DNA of 61,605 bases, filler included, from an uncultured bacterium (GTDB lineage Bacteria > Hinthialibacterota > Hinthialibacteria > Hinthialibacterales > Hinthialibacteraceae), in assembly GCA_964449065.1 (NCBI GenBank). It is 20 parts of 20 records of this genome, joined end to end, with 100 filler letters (N's around TTAATTAATTAA, not from the genome) between each part and the next. Parts side by side here need not be neighbours in the genome. Positions count along the whole stretch, not along the records: positions 1 to 3,163 come from CAYVAZ010000471.1; positions 3,264 to 6,362 come from CAYVAZ010000473.1; positions 6,463 to 9,552 come from CAYVAZ010000474.1; 17 more parts are not named here. One strand, written 5' to 3'. Position numbers and translations under genes: made by a program. This document shows, one piece after another, positions 1 through 9,187 of this stretch; position 1 is the stretch's first letter; each line of letters begins with the position of its first letter. The notes below the pieces were generated by a model. That model saw only the letters and a list, made by a program, of their open reading frames with translations. It ran no database searches and was not told the origin of the DNA.

Positions 1-52
1 TCAGCGAACGATTAGAAAAACGGGCATATCATAATGTAGTGCGTAACGTGAG
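1..52. mobile_element. Right end of MITE family A (contig-edge fragment)
   Basis: Near-identical to 18917-18968 and to the reverse complement of 22169-22220; ends GCGTAACGTGAG followed by TTA. Confidence 0.75.
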
Positions 53-99
53 TTAATAATCCTTACAGGAACTGGAATTCCTGTGTTAGTGCGATGCTT

Positions 100-1368
100 C
101 TAATCGATTGCTTGATTGCGCCACAGGTCTTCGACGGTTTCGCGGTGGCGAATGAGTTTAGGTGTAGAGCCATCCACCATAACCTCTGCCGGGCGGACTC
201 TTCCGTTGTAGAAGGATGCCATCGCGTAGCCGTACGCCCCCGCGGAACAGACCGCCAACAAGCCGCCGCGTTCGCATCGCGGGAGTTGACGCTGTTTGCC
301 GAAGACATCGCTGGATTCGCAGATCGGTCCCACCACATCCACGGTTTCGGTTTGGCCGTCCGCATTCGCAACCGGAACGATTTCATGAAACGCGCCGTAG
401 ATTGCCGGACGGGCCAGGTCGTTCATACCCGCATCCACTACCACAAACATGCGGTCATCGGTTCGCTTCACATACAATATCTTGGTGATCAGTACCCCCG
501 CATTGCCGCAGATCGAGCGCCCCGGCTCAACCACCAAAGTTACGTTTTCATTTCGCAGCCGGTCACGCAGTTTGGAGGCGTATTCATTTGGGGGTTCTTG
601 GTTTTCATTTTGATATTGAATGCCCAAACCGCCGCCGACATCCAAATGGGTGATTTTGATTCCTTTGGCGTTGAGTTGGGCTTTGAAGTCCAGCAACTTC
701 TCCACGGCATGAAGCAGCGGTTCGGTATCCGGCAGAGAAGACCCTACGTGTGCCGCAATGCCGCGGATGTGGATATTCGGCATTTCTTTCGCCCGTTCGT
801 ATAACGCAACCGCGTTTTCTGCGGGGACACCGAATTTGTGCTCTTTTAAACCGGTGGAGATTTTCGGGTGGGTTTTGGCGTCTATATTGGGATTGACCCG
901 TACAGCAATGTTCGCCGTTTTGCCTAGTGATGCCGCGATGGATTGGATGTTGTCCAACTCCGGTTCGGACTCTATATTGAGCATCAACACGCCGGCTTCG
1001 ATGGCATCCATGATTTCGACATCGCTTTTGCCGACGCCGGAAAACACCAGCCGGTCCGCGGGGATGCCCGCTTTGAGCGCGGAATGCATTTCACCGCCCG
1101 AGGTTAAATCGGCCCCGGCGCCTTCTTCATTCAACAACTTCAGGATCGATAAGTTGCCGTTGGCCTTTACCGCAAAGGCAATTAAATGCGGAATGCCTTC
1201 CAATCCTTTTTGATAGCCGCGAAACGCATCCAATATGGCAGCCTTGGAGTAGACATACAATGGCGTATTGAATTCGTAGACGAGCGACTGGATTGCACAG
1301 TCTTCACAAAATAACGATTGATCGCGGTAGGTAAAAAAACGGCTGTGTGTGTTGTACGTACTTGTCAT
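100..1368 (-). CDS. lysA: Diaminopimelate decarboxylase
   Basis: TPLYVYS, FAVKAN (PLP lysine), HPKISTG..KFG, HVGS, LDVGGG, EPGR, GPICESSD and GAYG motifs. Confidence 0.97.
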   Translation of the reverse strand: MTSTYNTHSRFFTYRDQSLFCEDCAIQSLVYEFNTPLYVYSKAAILDAFRGYQKGLEGIPHLIAFAVKANGNLSILKLLNEEGAGADLTSGGEMHSALKAGIPADRLVFSGVGKSDVEIMDAIEAGVLMLNIESEPELDNIQSIAASLGKTANIAVRVNPNIDAKTHPKISTGLKEHKFGVPAENAVALYERAKEMPNIHIRGIAAHVGSSLPDTEPLLHAVEKLLDFKAQLNAKGIKITHLDVGGGLGIQYQNENQEPPNEYASKLRDRLRNENVTLVVEPGRSICGNAGVLITKILYVKRTDDRMFVVVDAGMNDLARPAIYGAFHEIVPVANADGQTETVDVVGPICESSDVFGKQRQLPRCERGGLLAVCSAGAYGYAMASFYNGRVRPAEVMVDGSTPKLIRHRETVEDLWRNQAID

Positions 1369-1376
1369 TCCATCCT

Positions 1377-2636
1377 CTAACCTTCTTCGACCATGTCGGA
1401 CATGACCTGTTCTTCTCCCTGCAAGATGCGCTGGATGCGTTTGAGGCGCGCTTTGTTCTTTTGCACATTCATCACATTGGCCGCTTTGGCAAAGGTAGAG
1501 CCGTCGCGAAGATTGCAGTGGAACAAGGCGTCGTCATCCAAACTTAAACCGAGTTTCACCTTGAAGTTGAGATAATGATTGAGGATTTTAGCACGTTCGA
1601 GAGAAATGTAAGAGCGTTCCATATTGCCGCTCACCCCTTCAACCGCAAAGCAGGATTTGATGTAGCGGCTGAAGGCGTTGTGGCCTTTGGTGTATTCATA
1701 CAGCTGCAAGGAAAACGATAACGGCAAGACGGTAATGAACTGCCCGACTTTTTCCAGCGACCAGACCATGCGTTCCAGCGCGTCTTCCGGATTCCAATCT
1801 TCCAAAAAGAAGGTGGCGATCCGGTCGGATACGATTAAGGCGTTGGGGTTGGGAACGTTGGGATCGATCTTGAGGTTCACGACGCGGGCGCGGTCGAAGT
1901 AATTGCGTAATTCGGATACCAAATCAAACAAAATACACAGGCCTTCGCGCACCGACCACATGAGCATTTTATAGCGCTCGATACCCATATCGAACCAGGA
2001 ATCCGACATAATTTTTACGGTATCCATAAACGCGTCCAGGCGGGGGGCTTTGTCTTTGCGCAGTACCACCTTAGCGATATCCACCAAGCGGCGCAGACGG
2101 ATCAGTTTCCACAACGCATCACGGGTTTTGACTTCGCGCACTGCTTCCCAATAGAAGAAGTCAAATAAGAATCCACTGCATAACAAATCCAACATGCGGG
2201 AAATATGAAAAAACCGTACTTCGCCGGATGAAGGGTTTTGAATGTTTACTTTTGATCCCATGACCCATTTCGGGTTTAGTAGGCAATCGAATTTGGGGAT
2301 ATGCTCCATCAATTTTTCATCGATGGAGATAAAGTTTTCATCGACCACATTGCGGGTTCCGATGGTGCGCAGAACTTCATCAAACTTTACGTTATGTTCA
2401 TCGCAGGTTTCGGAATCGTAGACCGCGATCAGTTTCAGTTGGGAGATGGAACGGGCAAAGGAGATTTCATCCACAAACACCGAACGCAATCCCGCCAAGC
2501 GCTTGGCTTCACGGATCATATCCTCCATTAAAGACTTATACGCATCCGGATTCACGGGGACGGGTTCGGTTGTAAACGAGTAGGTATCGTCTTTTCCGTT
2601 CCGGGCTATAATTTCCGCACACACATTTTGATCCAT
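1377..2636 (-). CDS. Hypothetical protein (419 aa), probably co-transcribed with lysA; possible degenerate nucleotidyltransferase-like N-terminus
   Basis: Long ORF ending 8 nt upstream of lysA; no confident family. Confidence 0.75.
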   Translation of the reverse strand: MDQNVCAEIIARNGKDDTYSFTTEPVPVNPDAYKSLMEDMIREAKRLAGLRSVFVDEISFARSISQLKLIAVYDSETCDEHNVKFDEVLRTIGTRNVVDENFISIDEKLMEHIPKFDCLLNPKWVMGSKVNIQNPSSGEVRFFHISRMLDLLCSGFLFDFFYWEAVREVKTRDALWKLIRLRRLVDIAKVVLRKDKAPRLDAFMDTVKIMSDSWFDMGIERYKMLMWSVREGLCILFDLVSELRNYFDRARVVNLKIDPNVPNPNALIVSDRIATFFLEDWNPEDALERMVWSLEKVGQFITVLPLSFSLQLYEYTKGHNAFSRYIKSCFAVEGVSGNMERSYISLERAKILNHYLNFKVKLGLSLDDDALFHCNLRDGSTFAKAANVMNVQKNKARLKRIQRILQGEEQVMSDMVEEG

Positions 2637-2934
2637 ATCACCGCCATACCCAATACATAAGCATTTCTATAAAGAAACCGTCAGGCAAAAAATAGTATTT
2701 CACCACTTTATATTAAAGTCATAAAACAATTTAGCAAGAGTTTGTGCCAAAATACATAACTTTAAATCATTCAATCCGATATCTTTCTATGAACTTCTTG
2801 AATTTTGATTTTCTATTTTCTTATACGTTTAACATGATACATGCATCTTGATTATTTCGGAAAAATGAACATTCTTCTGCAAGTCTGTTAAAATACTCAA
2901 GCATTTCGAAACGCAACAAACAATGGAGAAGGCA

Positions 2935-3163
2935 ATGAAGACGTACAACATAACGGTAATGGGTGGAGACGGAACCGGCCCGGAAGTGATTCAAGAAGGG
3001 ATCAAAGTATTGCAAGTGATCCAAGATAAAATCGGCTGCAAATTTGAGTTTCATCACTCGGAGATCGGCGGCGACCGCTATTTAAAGACCGGAACGGTCA
3101 TTACGGACGAAGAGATTGAAGAACTGCGCAAGATGGACGCCATCTATTTGGGCGCGATCGGGC
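2935..3163 (+). CDS. leuB: 3-isopropylmalate dehydrogenase (IDH/IMDH family), N-terminal fragment cut by contig end
   Basis: MKTYNITVMGGDGTGPEV...DAIYLGAIG; GGAGAAGG RBS before ATG 2935. Confidence 0.8.
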
Positions 3164-3263
3164 NNNNNNNNNNNNNNNNNNNNNNNNNNNNNNNNNNNNN
3201 NNNNNNNTTAATTAATTAANNNNNNNNNNNNNNNNNNNNNNNNNNNNNNNNNNNNNNNNNNNN
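3164..3263. other. Artificial contig linker, first of 19 (others start at 6363, 9553, 12737, 15919, 19083, 22239, 25378, 28514, 31613, 34672, 37713, 40741, 43769, 46772, 49754, 52732, 55697, 58654)
   Basis: N-run + TTAATTAATTAA (stops in all six frames) + N-run, identical 100-nt structure each time. Confidence 0.99.
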
Positions 3264-3447
3264 GACACTCTCGAAATTCCATCATATCGCCGGAAAGTGA
3301 ATGATCGCGGCAGCGTTCCGGTAAGGGAATATCTTCTGCCAAGAGATTGATGGTTTCGGATATAAGGTCTTCGAAGTTTTTATGCTGCCCGGCTTTTTCG
3401 CGTTTGTAATCCCGTTTAAATACGTTGGTGCGTTCAATCTTCCGCAT
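3264..3447 (-). CDS. yafQ: Type II TA toxin, YafQ family mRNA interferase (3'-truncated by contig end)
   Basis: MRKIERTNVFKRDYKR...LPERCRDHSLSGD..FREC; overlaps the antitoxin stop. Confidence 0.9.
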
Positions 3448-3697
3448 TTAAATCCGCCATAAACTCATCAACGCTGCTGAATGACTTAAGATTCCCGCTT
3501 GCGGCTTCATTCATTGCTTGAATCGTTTCAGCATTTGGGACTTTCACCTCGAATGGCAAAGCCTTCTCAGCCGCCACCCGAACCAATAACAGCCGAATCG
3601 CATCCGAAACCGATAGCCCCATCTCAGAAAGCACCTTGGATGCCTCATCCTTCACTTTCTCATCAATACGCGCACGAACAACCGAATCTGTAGCCAT
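3434..3697 (-). CDS. dinJ: Type II TA antitoxin, RelB/DinJ family
   Basis: VVRARIDEKVKDEA..VL..MGLSVSDAIRL...LPFEVKVPNAET. Confidence 0.92.
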   Translation of the reverse strand: MATDSVVRARIDEKVKDEASKVLSEMGLSVSDAIRLLLVRVAAEKALPFEVKVPNAETIQAMNEAASGNLKSFSSVDEFMADLNAED

Positions 3698-3969
3698 AGC
3701 ATTTGCTCCTTTGTGTCTACATTGTATCTATCAACTGAAAGGAAGTCCACATGGTTTCCCAAAAACGTTGCGGATTGCTCACAGGCTGAGATGGATTACA
3801 CTGATTAAATATAGTAAAAAGCACTCAGATTTTTTTGACACGAACATGGTGGATAGGGTGCATGTAACTTCTCTCGATGGTCATGCGGCGTAACCGATTC
3901 CCGTTTGGGTTCGCGAAACAGTGGAGATCAAAGCGTAAATAAACGGCGCAAATCCCCCGGAGCCTTCGG

Positions 3970-4306
3970 TGAAGAACCTGGAACATCGTTTCCATTTTAG
4001 ACCGGCGATATAGTTTACACTTTATTGATGAATGGAAGAATGAACTGCCCTTGCAAGGGCAGTTCATTCTTCCTATTTTTCGTCATCCCAATCATCTCTC
4101 TTTTGTAAAGTTGGAGCCGAAATCACCCGCCTTTTGCCTGAATTTTTCGGGTCAAAATGTCCGATCCAGTACCGGCCAAAATACACATCCACATACCGGT
4201 CATCCCACTCTTCTATTCCGACCGGTTCGCCAGCCAACGCTTCGCTGACATACCCATGTTGTCCGTGCCAACTAAACTCACCGCGTGGTGGAATCAGAAG
4301 GAAGCG
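3970..4306 (-). pseudogene. IS481-family remnant: transposase C-terminal fragment (4073-4306) plus degenerate element end
   Basis: Hand translation of the minus strand gives GEFSWHGQHGYVSEALAGEPVGIEEWDDRYVDVYFGRYWIGHFD; no start codon and an in-frame stop upstream; end-like repeats GAACATCGTTTCCA / GATATAGTTTACAC at 3970-4020. Confidence 0.65.
4034..4073. repeat. Perfect 40-bp palindrome
   Basis: GGAAGAATGAACTGCCCTTGCAAGGGCAGTTCATTCTTCC equals its own reverse complement. Confidence 0.97.
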
Positions 4307-4407
4307 TTAGGAATCATGGCAATTCAAGATTTTGCCTATTGACATAACGATAATTATTTGGCATTCTTATGGAGGTTCGATAGATTTATATTAATAGGGA
4401 GATAGTA

Positions 4408-5010
4408 ATGAGAAAGAAATTTGCATTTACGTTGATTGAACTGTTAATTGTTGTTGCCATTATCGGCATTTTAGCCGCCATCGCCGTACCCAACTTTCTA
4501 AACGCGCAAATGAAAGCCCGTTTGGCTCAGGTTGAGTCAAACATGAAAGCCCTAAGCACATCCATGATGACCTATCAGGTTGATTGGGGGTCCTTGCCGC
4601 TTCATGATCCCGCCCACAACCAAAATATTTTGGGCAATGGTTTAACCACACCGGTTGCCTACATTGCGAAAGTTCCACTGGATATCTTTCAAACCGGAAA
4701 CATGGCCGAAACCACACAAATGTTTAGCGGCGGCAGCGGACGGGCAGCGGAAATTCATCCCGAACCGTTTTATGCGCCGTCGTTCGGTCATCCTGCATTA
4801 GACAACAACGTTCCCCCCATTGGCAGCGGCGGCGATTTAACCCTGCGATTTATTGACGACCCCGCTCTTCTCAGCAAAGCCCGTTCGCAGTATTTCACCG
4901 GTCGGTATCTGGTCAGTGTAGGCCCCGACCAACGCCATAATTATCCCGGAACCTATCACATCAGCAACGGCCTTAACAGCAGCGGCGATATGATTCGCGT
5001 TGTGCCTTAA
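4408..5010 (+). CDS. Prepilin-type N-terminal cleavage/methylation protein (GspG-like pseudopilin)
   Basis: KKFA|FTLIELLIVVAIIGILAAIAVPNF class III signal; GGGAGA RBS. Confidence 0.92.
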   Translation: MRKKFAFTLIELLIVVAIIGILAAIAVPNFLNAQMKARLAQVESNMKALSTSMMTYQVDWGSLPLHDPAHNQNILGNGLTTPVAYIAKVPLDIFQTGNMAETTQMFSGGSGRAAEIHPEPFYAPSFGHPALDNNVPPIGSGGDLTLRFIDDPALLSKARSQYFTGRYLVSVGPDQRHNYPGTYHISNGLNSSGDMIRVVP

Positions 5011-5076
5011 TGATCTACTCTTTGTTGCAGATTCAATAGTTTCTATTGATCATATTTCATTTTCTGGGAGGCAAGT

Positions 5077-5871
5077 ATGAAACACGCATTCAAGCTGTTC
5101 ACAACAGCGGCACTCGTCTTTTCGGTCTCATCCGTATCTTACGGGCAAAACTTAGTCGGGCATTGGGAATTTGAAGAAGGATCAGGGACTGTTACAGCGG
5201 ATTTAAGTGGTAACGGCAACGATGGGGAAATTTTTAACGCCGATATCGGCGGTCTTGGGGATGGAGCGGAAACGTTTTGGTTAGTGGACCCAGACCGGGG
5301 AAATGTGGGCAGTTTTTTTGGCGATGCCTCCAGTGCCTATGTTTTAACGGCAAATGACATCCCCGTTATGACCCTTGACCAAAGTTTTACGTGGGCCTTT
5401 TGGGCAAACGATTTATCAGACGGCGCCCCTAACAACATTATCTTGGGAAACCGAATGGATTTAACGCCCGCGGATTTTGTCCCCCGCCAATTCATCAAAT
5501 TTACGCCGACCAAATTTGAATGGCACATGAACGGCAACGGTAATGACAATTTAGAGTACGGTCCGGAAGAAGATACGGCCGCAAACGATATCCCGGATGG
5601 TGTTTGGATGCATCACGCCGTTGTTAAAGATGGTCCGACTATCACCTATTACCGCAATGGTGAAGCGATGAACTCGAAAGACATCACCCAGCCTTTAGCA
5701 GAACCGCAGCCGCTTTTCATCGGCGGGGATAATGAAGGCAGTGACGGTGAAAACTGGGCGGGGATGATTGATGATGTGCGCATTTACGATGGGGCATTAT
5801 CCGCCGCCGATATTGCGGCCTTAGCGGGCGGCCAGACATCAAAAATCGAAGATTTCGATCTCTACAAATAA
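5077..5871 (+). CDS. Secreted LamG/concanavalin-A-like jellyroll protein
   Basis: Signal peptide; LVGHWEFEEGSG...DLSGNGNDG, WMHHAVV, G.IDDVRIYDGALS. Confidence 0.9.
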   Translation: MKHAFKLFTTAALVFSVSSVSYGQNLVGHWEFEEGSGTVTADLSGNGNDGEIFNADIGGLGDGAETFWLVDPDRGNVGSFFGDASSAYVLTANDIPVMTLDQSFTWAFWANDLSDGAPNNIILGNRMDLTPADFVPRQFIKFTPTKFEWHMNGNGNDNLEYGPEEDTAANDIPDGVWMHHAVVKDGPTITYYRNGEAMNSKDITQPLAEPQPLFIGGDNEGSDGENWAGMIDDVRIYDGALSAADIAALAGGQTSKIEDFDLYK

Positions 5872-5902
5872 TTAGATTAGTATGATCAATTTCAATTCAA
5901 AT

Positions 5903-5943
5903 GAGGGTGGAAAGCAAAACGTTTTCTGCCCTTTTATTTTTTT
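5903..5943 (+). terminator. Probable intrinsic terminator
   Basis: GAGGGTGGAAAG/TTTTCTGCCCTT imperfect stem followed by a T-tract, downstream of the LamG gene. Confidence 0.6.
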
Positions 5944-6463
5944 GGTTCCTCGGAAAAAAAAGTGGGTAAAAAATGAGTTTTTTAGGCATGGGGAATGCTC
6001 CGAATGGTAGAATAATCTTCGATCAGAGAAGTAAGCACAGAAATCTCAGAAGAGAATATCGATTGAAAATGGCCTTGGATTTATCGCTGGTGTTTTCGGG
6101 GATTGAGATAGCCGGAAAACTTGTGGATTCTGCCGTCATGTGGACAAACGAAGATTTTCTTCGAAGAGAATGTTTGCCCACAAGACTTGGACAGCCGCCA
6201 AGAAAGAATGCCTTTGGGAGACGCCTGACCACAGACTCCACAATCATATGAATCGAAACAAATACCTTTATAAAATCCATTCAAATACCTTCCTAAAAAC
6301 TCAAATGAAAATGAGTATCAAAAGATTCACGATTTTTAATCAATATAACATACTCATAATAANNNNNNNNNNNNNNNNNNNNNNNNNNNNNNNNNNNNNN
6401 NNNNNNTTAATTAATTAANNNNNNNNNNNNNNNNNNNNNNNNNNNNNNNNNNNNNNNNNNNNG

Positions 6464-6535
6464 GAAGAGATTCTTTCCGACAAAACCTTAATGTTGGAAA
6501 ACGGGCTGGAAGTTCCCTACCCTTTGCTGAAGTAA
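6464..6535 (+). CDS. C-terminal fragment, possibly an ECF/CbiO-type ABC ATPase
   Basis: EEILSDKTLMLENGLEVPYPLLK* at contig start. Confidence 0.35.
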   Translation, partial: EEILSDKTLMLENGLEVPYPLLK

Positions 6536-6707
6536 TACGGATTCAAATAAATTCTGTGTGATTCCTCCATAAAAGAGGAGCATCGGCTACCAGCCGGTAC
6601 CGCACACCGCATATTATTTCATTGAAGCGGTATAAAATCGAAAGAAGGTAGATGGGCTCAAAGCGCAGCGTAGCCCACCATGACCATCTAACATTGAGGA
6701 GAACAAA

Positions 6708-8075
6708 ATGACATCAAACAACACAACCAGAAGATCATTCATCCAAAAAACATCGGCGATAACAGCGGCAGCGATTGCCGCTCCCGCCATTCAAAAATCG
6801 GTAGGAGCCAATGAGCGCGTCAATCTCGGCTTTATCGGTGTCGGCAACCGCGGTTCGCAATTGTTGTTCAGTTTTATGAAGAATGATGACGCCCATATCG
6901 GCGCGTTGTGCGATGTCTACAAACCCTACCGCGAACGCAAACTCGAAGATGTCTCTCCGGAACTAAAAGAAATGCTGGGCGGCCGGGTTCCCCGCATGGG
7001 AGAAGAATTTGAATACGATGTCCCCCGCTATGCCGATTTCCGCAAGGTGATTGAACGCGATGATATCGATGCGGTCGTCATCGCCACTCCCGACCACTGG
7101 CACGCCATCCAAACCATCATGGCCTGTGAAGCGGGGAAAGATGTGTATGTCGAAAAGCCGTTATCGATGTCAATTGTTGAAGGCCGCCACATGGTCAACG
7201 CGGCAGAACGGAATAACCGAATCGTGCAGGTGGGATTGCACCGCCGTTCATCACAATTATACAAAAAAGCGCACGAACTCATGCAGAAAGGTTCTGTCGG
7301 AAAGGTAACGGTCTCCCGCGCGTTTCGCATCAGCAATATGTACCCCAAAGGGATCGGAAAAATCGCACCCGAAAAGCCGATTGAAGGCCTCGATTGGGAT
7401 ATGTGGCTGGGGCCGCGTGATGAGCGCGACTATCAAGACAATATCTCTCCCTACAAATTCAGATGGTGGAGCAAATACTCCTCCCAAATCGCGAACTGGG
7501 GCGTGCACTACAGCGATGCTATCCGCTGGGTGCTGGATGAACTGGCACCGGTTTCAATTTGCGCGATGGGCGGGAAATATGCCGTGCAGGATAACCGCAC
7601 GATACCGGATACCATGCAGACCATGTTTGAACTGCCGGGCGGCTCGCTGCTAATATTAGGCCAATACGAAGCCAACGGCGGCAGCGCGATCAAAATGGGT
7701 GAGTTGGAGTTTCGGGGAACGCTGGGCAATATGTACACCGGCGTGGATGGCGACGGAATCGTGATTGAACCAACCCGCTGGGGGCAGTTCCAAGAAGGCA
7801 TCGAAGAGATTGAGCGCATGGAACTGGAAGTCGATGAGCCGGATATGACCGGCCAGCACACCCGCAATTTCTTGGACTGTGTGAAATCCAGAGAGACGCC
7901 GAATTGTGATATCGAAACCGGCCACCGCTCCACGTCATTTGCTTTATTGGCGAACATATCGCTGCAAACCGGAAGCCGACTAAATTGGGACGCGGAAAAT
8001 GAACGCTTCACCAACAATGACGAAGCAAACGAGTTGCTGCACTATGAATACCGTGAGCCTTGGACGTTGGGCTGA
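6708..8075 (+). CDS. Gfo/Idh/MocA family oxidoreductase with Tat signal
   Basis: TRRSFIQ Tat motif; IGVGNRG, IATPDHWHA, KDVYVEKPLS, DWDMWLGP. Confidence 0.95.
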   Translation: MTSNNTTRRSFIQKTSAITAAAIAAPAIQKSVGANERVNLGFIGVGNRGSQLLFSFMKNDDAHIGALCDVYKPYRERKLEDVSPELKEMLGGRVPRMGEEFEYDVPRYADFRKVIERDDIDAVVIATPDHWHAIQTIMACEAGKDVYVEKPLSMSIVEGRHMVNAAERNNRIVQVGLHRRSSQLYKKAHELMQKGSVGKVTVSRAFRISNMYPKGIGKIAPEKPIEGLDWDMWLGPRDERDYQDNISPYKFRWWSKYSSQIANWGVHYSDAIRWVLDELAPVSICAMGGKYAVQDNRTIPDTMQTMFELPGGSLLILGQYEANGGSAIKMGELEFRGTLGNMYTGVDGDGIVIEPTRWGQFQEGIEEIERMELEVDEPDMTGQHTRNFLDCVKSRETPNCDIETGHRSTSFALLANISLQTGSRLNWDAENERFTNNDEANELLHYEYREPWTLG

Positions 8076-8077
8076 GA

Positions 8078-9187
8078 TTATTTTTGCTCTTCTAAATAGC
8101 GTAAACTCCATGCCGATGCGGTTGTAATCATCATTAACGCCGCGATTGAAGAAGACGAAAACGTGAGAAGCAATAGTGTAAGGATAAAGTATAACGATTG
8201 CGTTTTACGGTCTTTTTGATTGCCTATGATATATATCCATTCTGTAAGAGCTGTCAGGATGACCGGAAACATATAAAAACTTAACCGCCATACATCGGCT
8301 GCGATCGCGAATTGGATTAGGCATATCAACAAGTAATACAAACTCAACCGGATCCATCTTTTGTCAGCGGTTTGCCAATAGATCCATAACGCGGGTGAAA
8401 ACGCGATTAATCCGTACTGATAAAATTCATCTGACACAATGCGGCCATACATTCCCTGCAATCCGGTTCTCATTAATTCTTGCCAATAATAGCGAACGGT
8501 TGCGGTTTCATCCGGTGAAAGCAAAGCTTGCAGGTCATGCTGCATGACACCAATAGCCGTATTGGGGAAATAGATTTCCCGCACCATCCAATATACCGCA
8601 GCCGCCGGCAGGGTAACTCTCAACAATAATAAAATTGATTTCGATGAAACGGTAAATCCATAATGATATAAATACCAAGCCGGAATCAACACCAGCGCCC
8701 ATTCGCGGTTAAATGTACCAACCACAGTCGCAAGGGAAAACAACGTGTGATTCTCTTTGATAATTCCAATCAATGCGATAAGAATGAGTATATGCGATGC
8801 CGTATCGACATGGTTGATGCAAAACTCTTTCAACATATCGGGGATGCCGGGGCTGCACGCCAGAAACACCGTTCCCATTGCGGATTCCATCGAAGGCATT
8901 CCATACACTCGTAAGAACACATAAAAAACCATACACATAATTAAAGCGGAAAGAATGGGGATGAACAGCTCACCCGCTTTTGGTACAATCCCGGACAGAT
9001 TCAGCAACACCGGCATCAGCGGACGAAACCCCAGCGGCGGGTTGGTGCCATAATAGGGATTGATCGCCCCCGCGTTGACATAGCCCCATTCCATTGTTTG
9101 CGAATGGTCAATCGTATAAAACCGGACCGCCAGTACCGACAGTACTACGATGAATAGTGATGAAGCGGTGTACAGCTCTCGTTTCAT
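8078..9187 (-). CDS. Polytopic membrane protein, possibly GT-C glycosyltransferase-like
   Basis: Multiple hydrophobic helices; PLGFRPLMP and GTFNRE motifs. Confidence 0.65.
   Translation of the reverse strand: MKRELYTASSLFIVVLSVLAVRFYTIDHSQTMEWGYVNAGAINPYYGTNPPLGFRPLMPVLLNLSGIVPKAGELFIPILSALIMCMVFYVFLRVYGMPSMESAMGTVFLACSPGIPDMLKEFCINHVDTASHILILIALIGIIKENHTLFSLATVVGTFNREWALVLIPAWYLYHYGFTVSSKSILLLLRVTLPAAAVYWMVREIYFPNTAIGVMQHDLQALLSPDETATVRYYWQELMRTGLQGMYGRIVSDEFYQYGLIAFSPALWIYWQTADKRWIRLSLYYLLICLIQFAIAADVWRLSFYMFPVILTALTEWIYIIGNQKDRKTQSLYFILTLLLLTFSSSSIAALMMITTASAWSLRYLEEQK

Noticed and set aside
94..804. 236-aa plus-strand ORF and similar long antisense ORFs (14586..15389, 25426..26682, 35142..36137, 35917..36762)
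   Set aside because: Shadow frames opposite well-supported genes
2731..2750. Sigma-54-like TTGGCAC...TTGC on the minus strand upstream of 1377..2636
   Set aside because: GG-to-GC spacing is 11 nt, not the required 10
3208..3219. Recurrent TTAATTAATTAA every ~3 kb
   Set aside because: Artificial six-frame-stop linker inside N-runs; ORFs ending in X...LIN are artefacts of it
5973..6362. Several short overlapping ORFs
   Set aside because: No motif, RBS or coding bias to choose among them
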